From contig CALSNU010000004.1 in assembly GCA_943787795.1 (NCBI GenBank), forward strand, positions 288,001 through 352,000: DNA of 64,000 nucleotides. The letters are read 5' to 3'. This DNA comes from an uncultured bacterium. Its GTDB lineage: Bacteria > Planctomycetota > UBA1135 > GCA-002686595. A program made the translations under genes and the position numbers. The notes beneath the pieces are model-generated. The model was not told the origin of the DNA. It made no database searches and saw nothing but the letters and a program-made list of their open reading frames with translations. Below are positions 39,034 through 48,510 of this stretch, piece after piece; position 1 is the first letter of the stretch; every line of letters starts with the position of its first letter.

Positions 39034-39617
39034 CGGGCCGGCCTCGGTGGCATCTCAGGTTCGAGCTCGACGTCGACGCCGTCGGCGATCCGGTTGATGT
39101 AGTTGAAGTAGGCCGTCACCTGGATCAGGTCGTGGATCGCCACGTCGTCGAAGCCTGCACGCCTCAGCCCCTCGATGTCGGCCTCCCGCATGGCGCCAGG
39201 GCTCCGCGTGAGCTTCTCTGCGTAGGCCGCGAGCGCGCGATCCGCGGCGTCCAGCTCGCCCTCGCGCCAGTCCGTCGCCACCGCGGTGACAAAGCGCTCC
39301 CGCTGCTCCTCACCCAGCCCCTTCCACTCCTCGTGGACCTCGGCACGGAGGTCCGCCTCATGGCTGAGGGTTCAGTAGTGGCAGTCGTTGGCGCGGCTGA
39401 CAATGGTCGCGACCATCTCTCGCTGGCGCCGGCTGAGCCCCTCCGGCGCATACATGATCTTCTGGTAGAGGCCGAGCGAGGCGTCGAGGACCGCCGGCGC
39501 GAGGCTCTGGGCGCGGACGATGCCGAACACTCGCCCAGCGCGAGCCACGGCGGCCTCGTAGCTCCTGGCGAGACGGCCTGTGGCCTCGGAGATGGAGATG
39601 GTGCGAATCCAGGGCAT
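39030..39617 (-). CDS. AhpD/CMD-family peroxidase-related protein, probable selenoprotein (in-frame TGA at 39372-39374)
   Basis: ORFs 39372..39689 and 39030..39281 share a frame separated by one TGA: REMVATIVSRANDCHY-U-TLSH...YAEKLT..P...AYFNYINRIADG. Confidence 0.85.
39335..39354 (-). promoter_or_regulatory. Candidate bacterial SECIS hairpin
   Basis: mRNA GGACCUC-CGUGCC-GAGGUCC: a 7-bp stem whose loop starts after a 24-nt spacer from the UGA, with G at loop position 2. Confidence 0.65.
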
Positions 39618-39725
39618 CTTGGTCTTGGCGTTGGGCCCGGAGATGTGGTCAGGACCGTGAGGAGAGAGCGGAGCCGGACGGAGCGGCACGCTCTGCGAGG
39701 GCCCCGGGCGCCGTGCGCGCGAAGG

Positions 39726-40232
39726 TCAGAGCCTACGGTCCCGTCTGCGGGCGAGGTTATCCACCCAGGCGCCCAGGATCATCGCCCGGCGTTGCTTCAC
39801 CAGCCTCAGCTCCTCGAAGGCAGCCGCGCGCTCATGGTCGCCGAGCCGAACCAGGAACTGCGCGTAGTCCCCATACCACCGGCTGACGGTCTCCTCGGCG
39901 CTCCGGACCAGCCGTAGGGCGGGGCGCGCCCCGGTCACCCAGGTGCTCTGGACCAGGAGGCGCGCCAGGATCCGGCGCCGAAGACTGGTCCGGCGCGGCC
40001 GCCCCCCCATCCCACGCATGAGCTCCTGAACGATCGCCACCAGGTCCACGCCCTCACGATTCAGCTCGGTGGCGAGGCCGGCGAGCTCGGGGTCGCGGGC
40101 ACGTCGAGCGATGTGATCGTAGACCGCCCTCGCGCCAATCTCACTCAGGAGCGTGCGACGGAGATCCTTCAGCAGCGAGCGGTAGGCCCCCTGCTGCTCC
40201 ACTGGAATCACCTTGAGCCCGCGCAGCTCCAA
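39726..40232 (-). CDS. Ferritin-like four-helix bundle protein (degenerate di-iron site)
   Basis: SEIGARAVY and AEETVSRWY helices have ferritin/Coq7-like spacing; ExxH motifs are absent. Start uncertain. Confidence 0.55.
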   Translation of the reverse strand: MELRGLKVIPVEQQGAYRSLLKDLRRTLLSEIGARAVYDHIARRARDPELAGLATELNREGVDLVAIVQELMRGMGGRPRRTSLRRRILARLLVQSTWVTGARPALRLVRSAEETVSRWYGDYAQFLVRLGDHERAAAFEELRLVKQRRAMILGAWVDNLARRRDRRL

Positions 40233-40236
40233 GCGA

Positions 40237-41451
40237 TCAAGCGTCCCTTGCTGGACGCATCTTCACGAAGCCCTCGAGCGTTCGTTCGGGGTCGAACTCC
40301 ACCTCGCTGGTCAGGCCCTCGCTGGTCAGGCCCTCGACGGGCACCTGAAAGAGCTCCCTGCGCCGGGTGACCTCCAGCGTCCGCTTCAGCAGCTCGCCGC
40401 CCTCGACCTTGATGGTCACCGGGAGCGTGAACGCGTAGGCCGGGGCCGCGCCCGGCGCCACGCGCTGCAGCTGATCCACGCGGAGGAGCAATCGACCTCG
40501 CGCGGCGTCAACCCTCCACGAGGTCTCCACGAGGGGGCCGCCGGGGCCCCTCAGCCAGCTACGAACGAACGCCTCCCCCTGACCCCCGAAGGCCGTCGCG
40601 ACCTCGTCGATGCCCTGCGGCTCGCCCCCGACCCCCGCGTCCACCACGGCATGGAGGGCGCTTGTGAAGTCGAGCTCCCCGAGCACGTCCCGGAGGCGCA
40701 GCCAGCGAGGTACTGCCCAGGCCGCGTCCGGAGAAGGCCGATACCACCCCTCCGCCTCGAGCTCCGAGGCACCTTCCGCGTCCTGCTCCCGGAACATCTC
40801 AAAGAGGAGGTCGGCGAGGGTTGGGATCACCGGGTGCTCTTCATCCATCCGCGGCGTCACGAGCAGGCCGAACCAGGCGCGCGCGCAGGCTCCGGCCAGC
40901 GGCTGGCCTGCAAGCGGGTCCCGATGAAGCAGCTGCTGTTCGGCAAACGCGATGAAGGACGCCCTCGCGGCAGCTCCCACTCCCTCATCTGCCACCAGCC
41001 CGAGGGCAACGTCCCGCGGATCAATGGCCTGGAGCGGGAAGGCCCGAGGGGTCTGCCACGCGAAGGCGCGGTCTGCCGTCTCCACTTCAGCGACGATGCG
41101 AGCCCGGCTAGAGGGGTCGAGAGGCCTGGGTAGCCAGGTCTCGCCCTCGACCAGTACCAGGTCGCGCGCCGAGAGCCGACGCAGGTCACCGGAGGGCCTC
41201 GCCGGGTCGACCACCGCCACGGCGATGGACCCGGCCACGTTCTGCGCGCTGTCCACTCCGAGCGAGTAGCGCGCCTCCGCCACCACGACGCTACGGCCGC
41301 CAGCCTCTCGAGGCGACGGTTCGAATTCCACGCCGGGGGACGATGCGCACCCGACCAGGATCAGGCCAGGAAGAGACCGGCTGCCCCGGAGTACGGCGAT
41401 CGCTAGAATCCTCGCTCGCGAGGCATTGGGTTGGCCTTGGTTCTGCTCCAT
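40237..41451 (-). CDS. Hypothetical lipoprotein; C-terminal part resembles the post-catalytic region of M1 aminopeptidases
   Basis: Possible lipobox LILVGC; FVRSWLRGPGGP...LRVDQLQ...AFTLPV...FDPE; no HExxH. Start uncertain. Confidence 0.5.
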   Translation of the reverse strand: MEQNQGQPNASRARILAIAVLRGSRSLPGLILVGCASSPGVEFEPSPREAGGRSVVVAEARYSLGVDSAQNVAGSIAVAVVDPARPSGDLRRLSARDLVLVEGETWLPRPLDPSSRARIVAEVETADRAFAWQTPRAFPLQAIDPRDVALGLVADEGVGAAARASFIAFAEQQLLHRDPLAGQPLAGACARAWFGLLVTPRMDEEHPVIPTLADLLFEMFREQDAEGASELEAEGWYRPSPDAAWAVPRWLRLRDVLGELDFTSALHAVVDAGVGGEPQGIDEVATAFGGQGEAFVRSWLRGPGGPLVETSWRVDAARGRLLLRVDQLQRVAPGAAPAYAFTLPVTIKVEGGELLKRTLEVTRRRELFQVPVEGLTSEGLTSEVEFDPERTLEGFVKMRPARDA

Positions 41452-41505
41452 CGGATTGGCCCGAGGCGTGAACCGCGGGGCCCAGATCGTAGCGTCGCGC
41501 GCCCC

Positions 41506-42279
41506 ATGGACTTCCTCCTCGAATGCATCGGTTTCCCGCCATCGGTCACCGAGGACGAGATCGTCGCCCTCGCACGTGAACGTGGAGAGCCGACGCCGTG
41601 GCGGGGAAGCGCCGATGACCATCGGATGCTCCCCCTCGGCGGTGGGCTTCAGGTCCGTGCCGATAGAGATACTGCGCGCGGGTACTGGACCCTGGCGCCG
41701 TTCTACGACGTCCCCCATCGCCTGAGGCTCTCGGTGGAGACGGTCGTCAGGCCCCCGGAGTCCCCGCACGACGCGCTGCTCACCGGATGGGCTGCTCCCC
41801 CGCCGCCTTGGTCCGAAGAGACGGAGCCCGGCGCGTACCGTCTATCGGCCTGGATCTCCGACGCCAGGCGGCTGGGACGGCGCGTGGAGGCCGGAAGGGT
41901 CCTTGCCGTCTCCGTGGCCGGCTTCGCGCTGACCGTGGACCGAATCACCCCGCCAGAGCGCCTCCCGGGGGAGCGTGAGCCGGAGGCCTCGACCACCGCA
42001 GACATCCGACCGATCGGGGGCGCCGGGTCGCCGGGAGGGTGCTGTGACGTCTCCCTGCGCGTCCAGATGGTCCGACGCATCGCCAACGAGGTGACCGGTG
42101 AGCCGGTCGAGATGGTGGTCTGCGCAGCCCCGGAGCGACCCCTGGTGCTCTTCCTCTCACGCTGGCAACTCGAGCGTGACGGGCTGCCAGCGCCACGGGC
42201 CGGCTCGTGGATCGAGGGGACTTTCCTGATCAGCGGGCGCCTCTCCGGCGGGCTGCAGCCCGCCCGCCCCCGGCCCTGA
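41506..42279 (+). CDS. Hypothetical protein
   Basis: Protein-like ORF MDFLLECIGFPP... with a beta-rich C-terminus (GSWIEGTFLISG); fills the gap between neighbours. Confidence 0.65.
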   Translation: MDFLLECIGFPPSVTEDEIVALARERGEPTPWRGSADDHRMLPLGGGLQVRADRDTARGYWTLAPFYDVPHRLRLSVETVVRPPESPHDALLTGWAAPPPPWSEETEPGAYRLSAWISDARRLGRRVEAGRVLAVSVAGFALTVDRITPPERLPGEREPEASTTADIRPIGGAGSPGGCCDVSLRVQMVRRIANEVTGEPVEMVVCAAPERPLVLFLSRWQLERDGLPAPRAGSWIEGTFLISGRLSGGLQPARPRP

Positions 42280-42398
42280 GCATCGAAGGGGCGACGAATA
42301 GTCCGGCTCCAACCCGCCCATGTGGCAAACTCCCCTGCGCCCGGGCGCTCCCCGCACGCTGCCCGAGGCCGTTCGTCCCGCATCCCCCCAGGAAGTTC

Positions 42399-44087
42399 AT
42401 GCGTCATCTCCTCCGCCTGACCCTCGTCGCCCTCGCTGTTGCCGGGCTGCTCTTCTCCCCTGCGACCGCCCAGGATGCCGCCCCCGAGGGCGAACTGCAG
42501 AGCGGGGCCGCGATGGAAGCTCCGCCGGAGAACCCGCCTACAGACGAGGCGCACGACTGGCAGGCCTCGATCGACCAGCGCATGAAGTCGGTGAACAAGG
42601 CGGTCGGGAGCGTCTTCTTCTTCCCGATCCCCGTGCCCGGTACGGTCAACACGGACGCGGAGGGAAACTCCGTCACGACCACGCTGCCCTTCATCGAGAG
42701 CGATGTCACCACGCTGACGATCCCCTTTGCGGTGCTGTGGCTGGTCCTCGGCGCGGTGTTCTTCACCTTCCGAATGGGCTTCGTTCAGTTCAAGCTCGTC
42801 TGGCACGCTATCCAGGTCACCCGCGGCAAGTACGACGACCCGGACGACGAGGGTGAGGTCTCCCACTTCGAGGCCCTCACCGCCGCCCTCTCCGCGACGG
42901 TCGGGCTCGGCAACATCGCCGGGGTGGCCATCGCCATCTCGATCGGCGGACCCGGCGCCACCTTCTGGATGATCCTCGCGGGCGTCCTGGGCATGGCCTC
43001 CAAGTTCACGGAGTGCTCCCTCGGCCAGATGTACCGCCACGAGCGCTCGGACGGCAGCGTCATGGGCGGCGCCATGTACTACCTCTCGGACGGGCTCCGC
43101 GACCGCGGCCCGTTCCTGGCCACCCTCGGCAAGGTCCTGGCGGTCATGTTCGCCATCCTCTGCATCGGCGGCTCCCTCGCGGGCGGCAACAGCTTCCAGG
43201 TCAATCAGTCCAAGGACGCCCTCGCCGAGGTGGTCCCCTTCCTGAAGGACAACGGCTGGGCCTATGGCGCGGTCATGACCCTCGCAGCGGGCGGCGTCAT
43301 CCTCGGCGGCCTGCGGCGCATCGCCGACGTGGCCTCGAAGATCGTCCCCGCCATGTGCGGCCTCTACGTCGCCGCCTGCCTGTTCGTGATCCTCTCCAAC
43401 GCCGACCAGGTGGTCGGCGCCTTCGGGACGATCATCGAGGGCGCGTTCAACCCCCAGGCAGGGCTCGGCGGCATCGTCGGCGTCCTGATCGTCGGCTTCA
43501 AGCGCGCCGCCTTCTCCAACGAGGCGGGCGTCGGCTCGGCGGCCATCGCGCACTCGGCGGCCAAGTCCCACTACGCCGTCCGCGAGGGCATCGTCGCGCT
43601 GCTCGAGCCCCTGATCGACACGGTCATCGTCTGCACCATGACCGCGCTCGTCATCGTGATCACCGGCGCGTACGTCGCGGTGGACCCGGTCACCGGGACG
43701 GAGACGGTCTTCAACGAGTACATCGCCGGCGGCAACGGCGCCGGGCTGACCTCGATGGCCTTCTCCACGGTCATCCCCTGGTTCAAGTACGTGCTCGCCG
43801 TCGCGGTCGTCCTCTTCGCCTTCTCCACGATGATCTCGTGGTCGTACTACGGCGAGCGCTGCTTCTCGTGGCTCTTCGGTGATGGCTACAGCATCGTCTA
43901 CAAGGTGCTGTTCCTCTCCTTCAGCTTCCTCGGGTCGGTCATCACGGCGACCGCGGTCCTCGACTTCGGTGACCTGATGATCCTCGGCATGGCCATCCCG
44001 AACGTGCTCGGCGTCTTCCTGCTGAGCGGGAAGGTCAAGGTGAAGCTCGACGAGTACATGGAGCTCAAGCGCTCCGGCCAGATGTGA
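42399..44087 (+). CDS. Alanine/glycine:cation symporter (AgcS/AlsT family)
   Basis: ALSATVGLGNIAGVA, GGPGATFWM, GGAMYY, RAAFSNEAGVGSA, DTVIVCTMT and STMISWSYYG. Confidence 0.95.
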   Translation: MRHLLRLTLVALAVAGLLFSPATAQDAAPEGELQSGAAMEAPPENPPTDEAHDWQASIDQRMKSVNKAVGSVFFFPIPVPGTVNTDAEGNSVTTTLPFIESDVTTLTIPFAVLWLVLGAVFFTFRMGFVQFKLVWHAIQVTRGKYDDPDDEGEVSHFEALTAALSATVGLGNIAGVAIAISIGGPGATFWMILAGVLGMASKFTECSLGQMYRHERSDGSVMGGAMYYLSDGLRDRGPFLATLGKVLAVMFAILCIGGSLAGGNSFQVNQSKDALAEVVPFLKDNGWAYGAVMTLAAGGVILGGLRRIADVASKIVPAMCGLYVAACLFVILSNADQVVGAFGTIIEGAFNPQAGLGGIVGVLIVGFKRAAFSNEAGVGSAAIAHSAAKSHYAVREGIVALLEPLIDTVIVCTMTALVIVITGAYVAVDPVTGTETVFNEYIAGGNGAGLTSMAFSTVIPWFKYVLAVAVVLFAFSTMISWSYYGERCFSWLFGDGYSIVYKVLFLSFSFLGSVITATAVLDFGDLMILGMAIPNVLGVFLLSGKVKVKLDEYMELKRSGQM

Positions 44088-44276
44088 GTGGAGCGGGACC
44101 GGACGGGGGCCTCCTGGCCCCGCCGGCCCCTCATCCTCCTCCCTCGAGAGTTGAGCCACCGCCCATGGCTCGGCCTCTCTTCCCGGTCGGCGGGGCCCTC
44201 CCCGGTCGGCTGGCTCATCCGGCTCGGCCCTCCAGAACAGGTGCCTCCGCTCGGCCGGATGACCCGGCTCCTCAGC

Positions 44277-44327
44277 CCTGGCCTCAGCGGAGCCCTGGCC
44301 TCAGCGGAGACCTGGCCTCAGCGGGGC
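44277..44327. repeat. 3 x 17-bp tandem repeat CCTGGCCTCAGCGGAGC
   Basis: Read directly; intergenic. Confidence 0.75.
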
Positions 44328-44462
44328 TCTGGTCCAGGCCGAGCCCCCGCGATGGCCCCCGTGATAGCCCCAGGACCGTCCCGGTGCCCCGATCGGAGTG
44401 ATGGCTCGGGATTTATGCTCGGTGCCATCCAACGAAGCCCGTCCACGTCCGATAGATCCCCC

Positions 44463-45521
44463 ATGAAGCTCTCTTCGCTGATCCTGCCCCTCGCGATCTC
44501 CGGGCTCGCTGCGGCCTCGGCTGGAGCCACCCTGGTTCAGGAAGGCCGGGGCTCGCGGAGCCAATCCGCGGCGCGTCAGACCCCGAGACGCACGCCTGCT
44601 GCGCGCAGTGCCCCTGCACGCAGTGCCCCTGCACGCAGTGCTCAAGAACGAAGCGCGACGGAGCGCAGCGTCACGGAGCGCGGACCGGCAGGAGGCAGGA
44701 CCAGCGGCGACGGGGCCGCGGACGCCGTCCCCGCGGACGACGGCGTCGTCCAGCGAGCCATCGGCGCCCTCCCGCCCCAAACGCAGCGCCAGTACTTCTC
44801 CATGGCCGACGCGAACGGGTCGGGGTGGATCTCATTCTCTGAGGCCGACGCGACCATGCGCTTCGATGCCGCGCGCTACCGCATCTTCGACACGGACAAC
44901 GACGGCCGCCTCACCCTCGCGGAGTTCAGCGAGTTCGTGAACATCGAGGCCACCGCCGGGCGGATCGTCGGGGAGCCGAACGTGCCTGCGGGCATGGTCA
45001 AGCCGCCGGCCCGCAACGCGGAGCAGCTCCGGACCGCCTATGACATCGACCTGGACGGCGCGATCAGCGCCCTCGAGCTGGAGCGACTCCTGATCGACTA
45101 CCAGGGGAGCTCCCCCGACAGGCTCGACTCGGCGACAACCCTGGATCGCCACGACTCTGATGGATCGGGCCTCTTGGAGCCCGATGAGCTCGATCGGATT
45201 GCGACCCTGCTCAACCCCCGCCAGGTGGGTGAGCGCCCGGCCGAGATGGAGCCTGCCGGGCGATCGGTGATCGACATGTTCGGGCGCCCGATCGAGCGGG
45301 GGGAGAGCCTCCCGCCTCGGATCAAGGGCCCGGTCCCGCCGTTCCACCGTCTCGACCTCGACCGCGATGGTTTCGTCAGCCTCCGGGACCTGGAACGGCT
45401 GGAGGGGACGACCTTCGCGCCCGTGCGGCTCTCGAGCGTGCTCGCGACCCTTGACCTCGACGGAGACGGACGGATGAGCGAATCAGAGTTCGTCTCCTCG
45501 ATGTCTGCGCCGACCAGGTAG
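44463..45521 (+). CDS. Secreted multi-EF-hand calcium-binding protein
   Basis: Signal peptide MKLSSLILPLA...; six EF-hand loops (DANGSGWISFSE, DTDNDGRLTLAE, DIDLDGAISALE, DSDGSGLLEPDE, DLDRDGFVSLRD, DLDGDGRMSESE). Confidence 0.85.
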   Translation: MKLSSLILPLAISGLAAASAGATLVQEGRGSRSQSAARQTPRRTPAARSAPARSAPARSAQERSATERSVTERGPAGGRTSGDGAADAVPADDGVVQRAIGALPPQTQRQYFSMADANGSGWISFSEADATMRFDAARYRIFDTDNDGRLTLAEFSEFVNIEATAGRIVGEPNVPAGMVKPPARNAEQLRTAYDIDLDGAISALELERLLIDYQGSSPDRLDSATTLDRHDSDGSGLLEPDELDRIATLLNPRQVGERPAEMEPAGRSVIDMFGRPIERGESLPPRIKGPVPPFHRLDLDRDGFVSLRDLERLEGTTFAPVRLSSVLATLDLDGDGRMSESEFVSSMSAPTR

Positions 45522-45583
45522 GGCCGACCAGGTAGGGCCGACCAGGTAGGGCCGACCAGGTAGGTCCGACCAGGTAGGGCCGA
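45509..45583. repeat. About 5.3 x 14-bp tandem repeat GCCGACCAGGTAGG
   Basis: The first unit contains the TAG stop of the EF-hand gene. Confidence 0.9.
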
Positions 45584-45726
45584 AGCGCGCCAAGGCGATC
45601 GCGCCGCCCCGCCGCCAGCGGCGTCCTCGGATCGTCATGGCCTGCGCCGGGTGAGATGGCAACCGCTGGCTAGGACGCCGGAGTCTGCCCTCTCGCTGGC
45701 TCCGGTCGCCCGCCCTTCCAGGGAGA

Positions 45727-47529
45727 TCACCCCTCGGGGTTCGCGGCGCCTTCAGGCGTCGGCGCCACCGGGACCACAAGCGGCTCAACCTCGGGCAGCG
45801 CCTCACCCGCGGTGAGCGCCTTCAGCCAGAAGCGCGCTCCACGGAACCACGCCTTCCAGAGCTCCTCCGCCTCAGGTCCTGCCTCCTCCCGAACGACGGC
45901 GTCGAGGCGCACGCGGCGCTCCAGGTTGAGCGTGTCGAGGTGTCGCTCGAGGTCGACCGGACGGGCGTCCGCCACGGCCAGGGCCGCGGCCCCGACGGCG
46001 ACTGCGGTGCGCCTGAGCTCGTCGGGGTCCACCATGTCCATCCGGTCGAGGCTCGTATGAAAGGTGAAGTCCGTGAAGTGCCAGAAGAGCGAGGAGGCGA
46101 CCCCCTCGACCAGAAAGCTCCCCTGGTCTCCCCCACCCTCCCAAGGGTGCTCACCGGTCGTCCATGCCTCTCCACCGCGCGCTAGCTCGGCGTAGCTCAC
46201 GTCGATCAGCGCCTCACGGCAGATGATCGACAGCCCGTGGGGCACGATCGAGCCGTCAGGCACGGTCATCCCTGTGCTCCACGGCGTGTGCTTGTCTGGC
46301 GGGAGCGGGAAGAGGCTCGCCGGATCCCACCCGCGCTCCAGGAGGCACATCGCACCGGTCTCATCGGCGTCAGCCGCGATCATGTCCGCGACAATCGCGG
46401 CGACCGGCGCTCCGCGGCTCTCCTCCATCGCCGTCACGCCCGCGCCCGTCTCGGTCCCGAAGACGAAGCAGATCGATCGGCGCGGCCGATCCAGGGCCCC
46501 TCCATCGATCAGGCGCTTCATCGACAGCGCGAGCTCGACCACGCCCGCGGCGCCTGCGGCGTTGTCATTGGCGCCGGCACCGTCCACGTGCCCGAGGATG
46601 AAGACGACCTCGTCCTTGAGCTCAGCGCCCTCGATCGTTGCGAGGACCGTTCGCAGCGGGCGCTCCTCCCGCCGCACCTCGGCCTCGAGCTTGACGCGAG
46701 TCCCCACCTGGGCCGCCGTCCGGAGCGAGGCGCCGATCCGCTGCGACACCTGGAAGCTCGGGATGGACGAGCCTGGCCTGACCTCGTCGTAGAAGACCGC
46801 GTCGTAGTCGCGCTTGTCCCCCGTTGGGTCCACGCAGTACGGGAAGACGTAGTCCGAGATGATCCCTATCGCGCCAGCCTCGGCGGCCGCCTGCTCGACC
46901 GCCTTCAGCGGGCGGTCGGTCAGCAGCACGCGGCCCGGCTCCAGCTGCTCAAGGCCGAGCCCGAGGGGCCCCTCCACGCTGCAGCTTGGCGCACCCAGCG
47001 GGAGCATGACCCGGTGGAGGTCGCGCTCGCGGTCAAAGCGCATGAGCTCCACCTCTCGACCGGACCCTGCACGGCGCTTCACGCCCCGCTTGCTGGCCTC
47101 CTGGATCGCACGGTCGCCGGCAACAGCGGCGAGCCTCGCCGAGACCGGGGTCCAGGCCGGGGCGCCCATCGAGCGCCTGGGGGTCGAGAGCTCGTAGCCC
47201 TCCGTCGCCCCGAAGCCCGCCCCATAGAGGGCGGCGAGGACGCGCTCGATGGACTCCTCGTAGCCCTCGCTCGCGGGTGCCCGATAGAAGCCGTCCAGGA
47301 AGGTCGCGACGCCCATGGCCGCCTCGGCGTCATACACGTCCAGCAGTCCGTGGACGAACCGCGCGCTGCCCGTCTGCCCCTGATCCACGGGGGGGCCGTC
47401 ATGGGCCCCGGCGACGGGTGAGCGCTGCTCGAACTTCTCGGGGAGCGGCGGCCCAGAGGAGGAGGCGCACCCCCCGAGGTAGACCGTCGGCGCGCCCGCA
47501 AGGAGACAGAGGACGGGGGTGAGCCTCAT
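45727..47529 (-). CDS. M28 family metallopeptidase, probable lipoprotein
   Basis: LGGC lipobox-like motif; GHVD, GANDNAAG, ADM, GGGDQ and FHTSLD; PA-like insert. Confidence 0.8.
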   Translation of the reverse strand: MRLTPVLCLLAGAPTVYLGGCASSSGPPLPEKFEQRSPVAGAHDGPPVDQGQTGSARFVHGLLDVYDAEAAMGVATFLDGFYRAPASEGYEESIERVLAALYGAGFGATEGYELSTPRRSMGAPAWTPVSARLAAVAGDRAIQEASKRGVKRRAGSGREVELMRFDRERDLHRVMLPLGAPSCSVEGPLGLGLEQLEPGRVLLTDRPLKAVEQAAAEAGAIGIISDYVFPYCVDPTGDKRDYDAVFYDEVRPGSSIPSFQVSQRIGASLRTAAQVGTRVKLEAEVRREERPLRTVLATIEGAELKDEVVFILGHVDGAGANDNAAGAAGVVELALSMKRLIDGGALDRPRRSICFVFGTETGAGVTAMEESRGAPVAAIVADMIAADADETGAMCLLERGWDPASLFPLPPDKHTPWSTGMTVPDGSIVPHGLSIICREALIDVSYAELARGGEAWTTGEHPWEGGGDQGSFLVEGVASSLFWHFTDFTFHTSLDRMDMVDPDELRRTAVAVGAAALAVADARPVDLERHLDTLNLERRVRLDAVVREEAGPEAEELWKAWFRGARFWLKALTAGEALPEVEPLVVPVAPTPEGAANPEG

Positions 47530-48434
47530 CAGGCGTCCCCCGACTGCCCCAGGGGCCGCTCGAGCAACAGGCCGAGGCGGAGGCGGGCCTCCTCACTGAT
47601 GGCCGAGGGCGCCGTGAGGATCGCAGTCTGAAGCGCCGTATGGCAAGCGCAGGGGCCGAGCCCAGCCACCCTTGGCGCCGCCAACCGGACCGCCTCGCGG
47701 GCGTGCCCGACGTTCTTCGACATGACCTCGAGGATCGCCTCGACGGTCACGTCGTCGTGGAGCGGGTGCCAGCAGTCGTAGTCCGTGGACATGGCGAGCG
47801 TGGCGTAGCAGAGCTCCGCCTCCCGGGCGAGCTTCGCCTCCTGGAGGTTGGTCATGCCGATGACGTGAGCGCCGAGCCCGCGGTACATGTGCGATTCCTC
47901 GCGGGTGGAGAACTGCGGGCCCTCCATGCAGACGTAGGTCCCTCCGTCGTGAACCCTCACCCCGGCCTCCGCGGCGGCGTCATGCAGCACGCCGCGCACT
48001 CCGCCGCAGACCGGATCTCCAAACATGACGTGCGCCACGACCCCGCCCTCAAAGAAGGTGTCGGCCCGGTGGCGCGTCCGATCGATGAACTGATCCACGG
48101 CGACGAAGTCACCCGGAGGAATGTCCTCCCGGAGCGACCCCACGGCTCCGATGGCCAGGATGCGGTTCACACCCAGCCGCTTCATGCCCCAGATGTTCGC
48201 CCGGTAATTGATCTCCGACGGGTTGATCCGGTGGCCGCGCCCGTGCCTGGGGAGGAAGACCATGCGGACGCCGTCGAGGCATCCCACCACGAAGGCGTCG
48301 CTGGGGTCACCGAAGGGGGTGGAGAGCACCACCTCCTCGATCTCAGTGATGCCGTCGATTTCGTAGAGGCCGGAGCCGCCGATGACCCCGACAGCGGGCT
48401 CCTCGGCAACGGATTCAGAGGGGAGGTCAGACAT
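47529..48434 (-). CDS. mtnP: S-methyl-5'-thioadenosine phosphorylase
   Basis: IGGSGLY, TPFGDPS, LPRHGRGH, NYRANI, EGPQFSTREES, GMTNLQEAKLARE and TDYDCW. Confidence 0.95.
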   Translation of the reverse strand: MSDLPSESVAEEPAVGVIGGSGLYEIDGITEIEEVVLSTPFGDPSDAFVVGCLDGVRMVFLPRHGRGHRINPSEINYRANIWGMKRLGVNRILAIGAVGSLREDIPPGDFVAVDQFIDRTRHRADTFFEGGVVAHVMFGDPVCGGVRGVLHDAAAEAGVRVHDGGTYVCMEGPQFSTREESHMYRGLGAHVIGMTNLQEAKLAREAELCYATLAMSTDYDCWHPLHDDVTVEAILEVMSKNVGHAREAVRLAAPRVAGLGPCACHTALQTAILTAPSAISEEARLRLGLLLERPLGQSGDA

Positions 48435-48510
48435 GCGTCGGATCATACGACGCGGGCCGTCTCGACGTCATGAGCACTCTGTGCCTCGACCCCTCAAGGC
48501 CGCACAGACG

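Noticed and set aside
39372..39374. AhpD-like gene as a nonsense pseudogene or two separate genes
   Set aside because: The TGA falls exactly on the redox Cys position and is followed by a SECIS-like hairpin, so Sec recoding is more parsimonious.
42280..42398. Glycine riboswitch upstream of the alanine/glycine symporter
   Set aside because: The GGAGA, CCGAAG and CTCTCAGG core motifs are absent and the space is too short.
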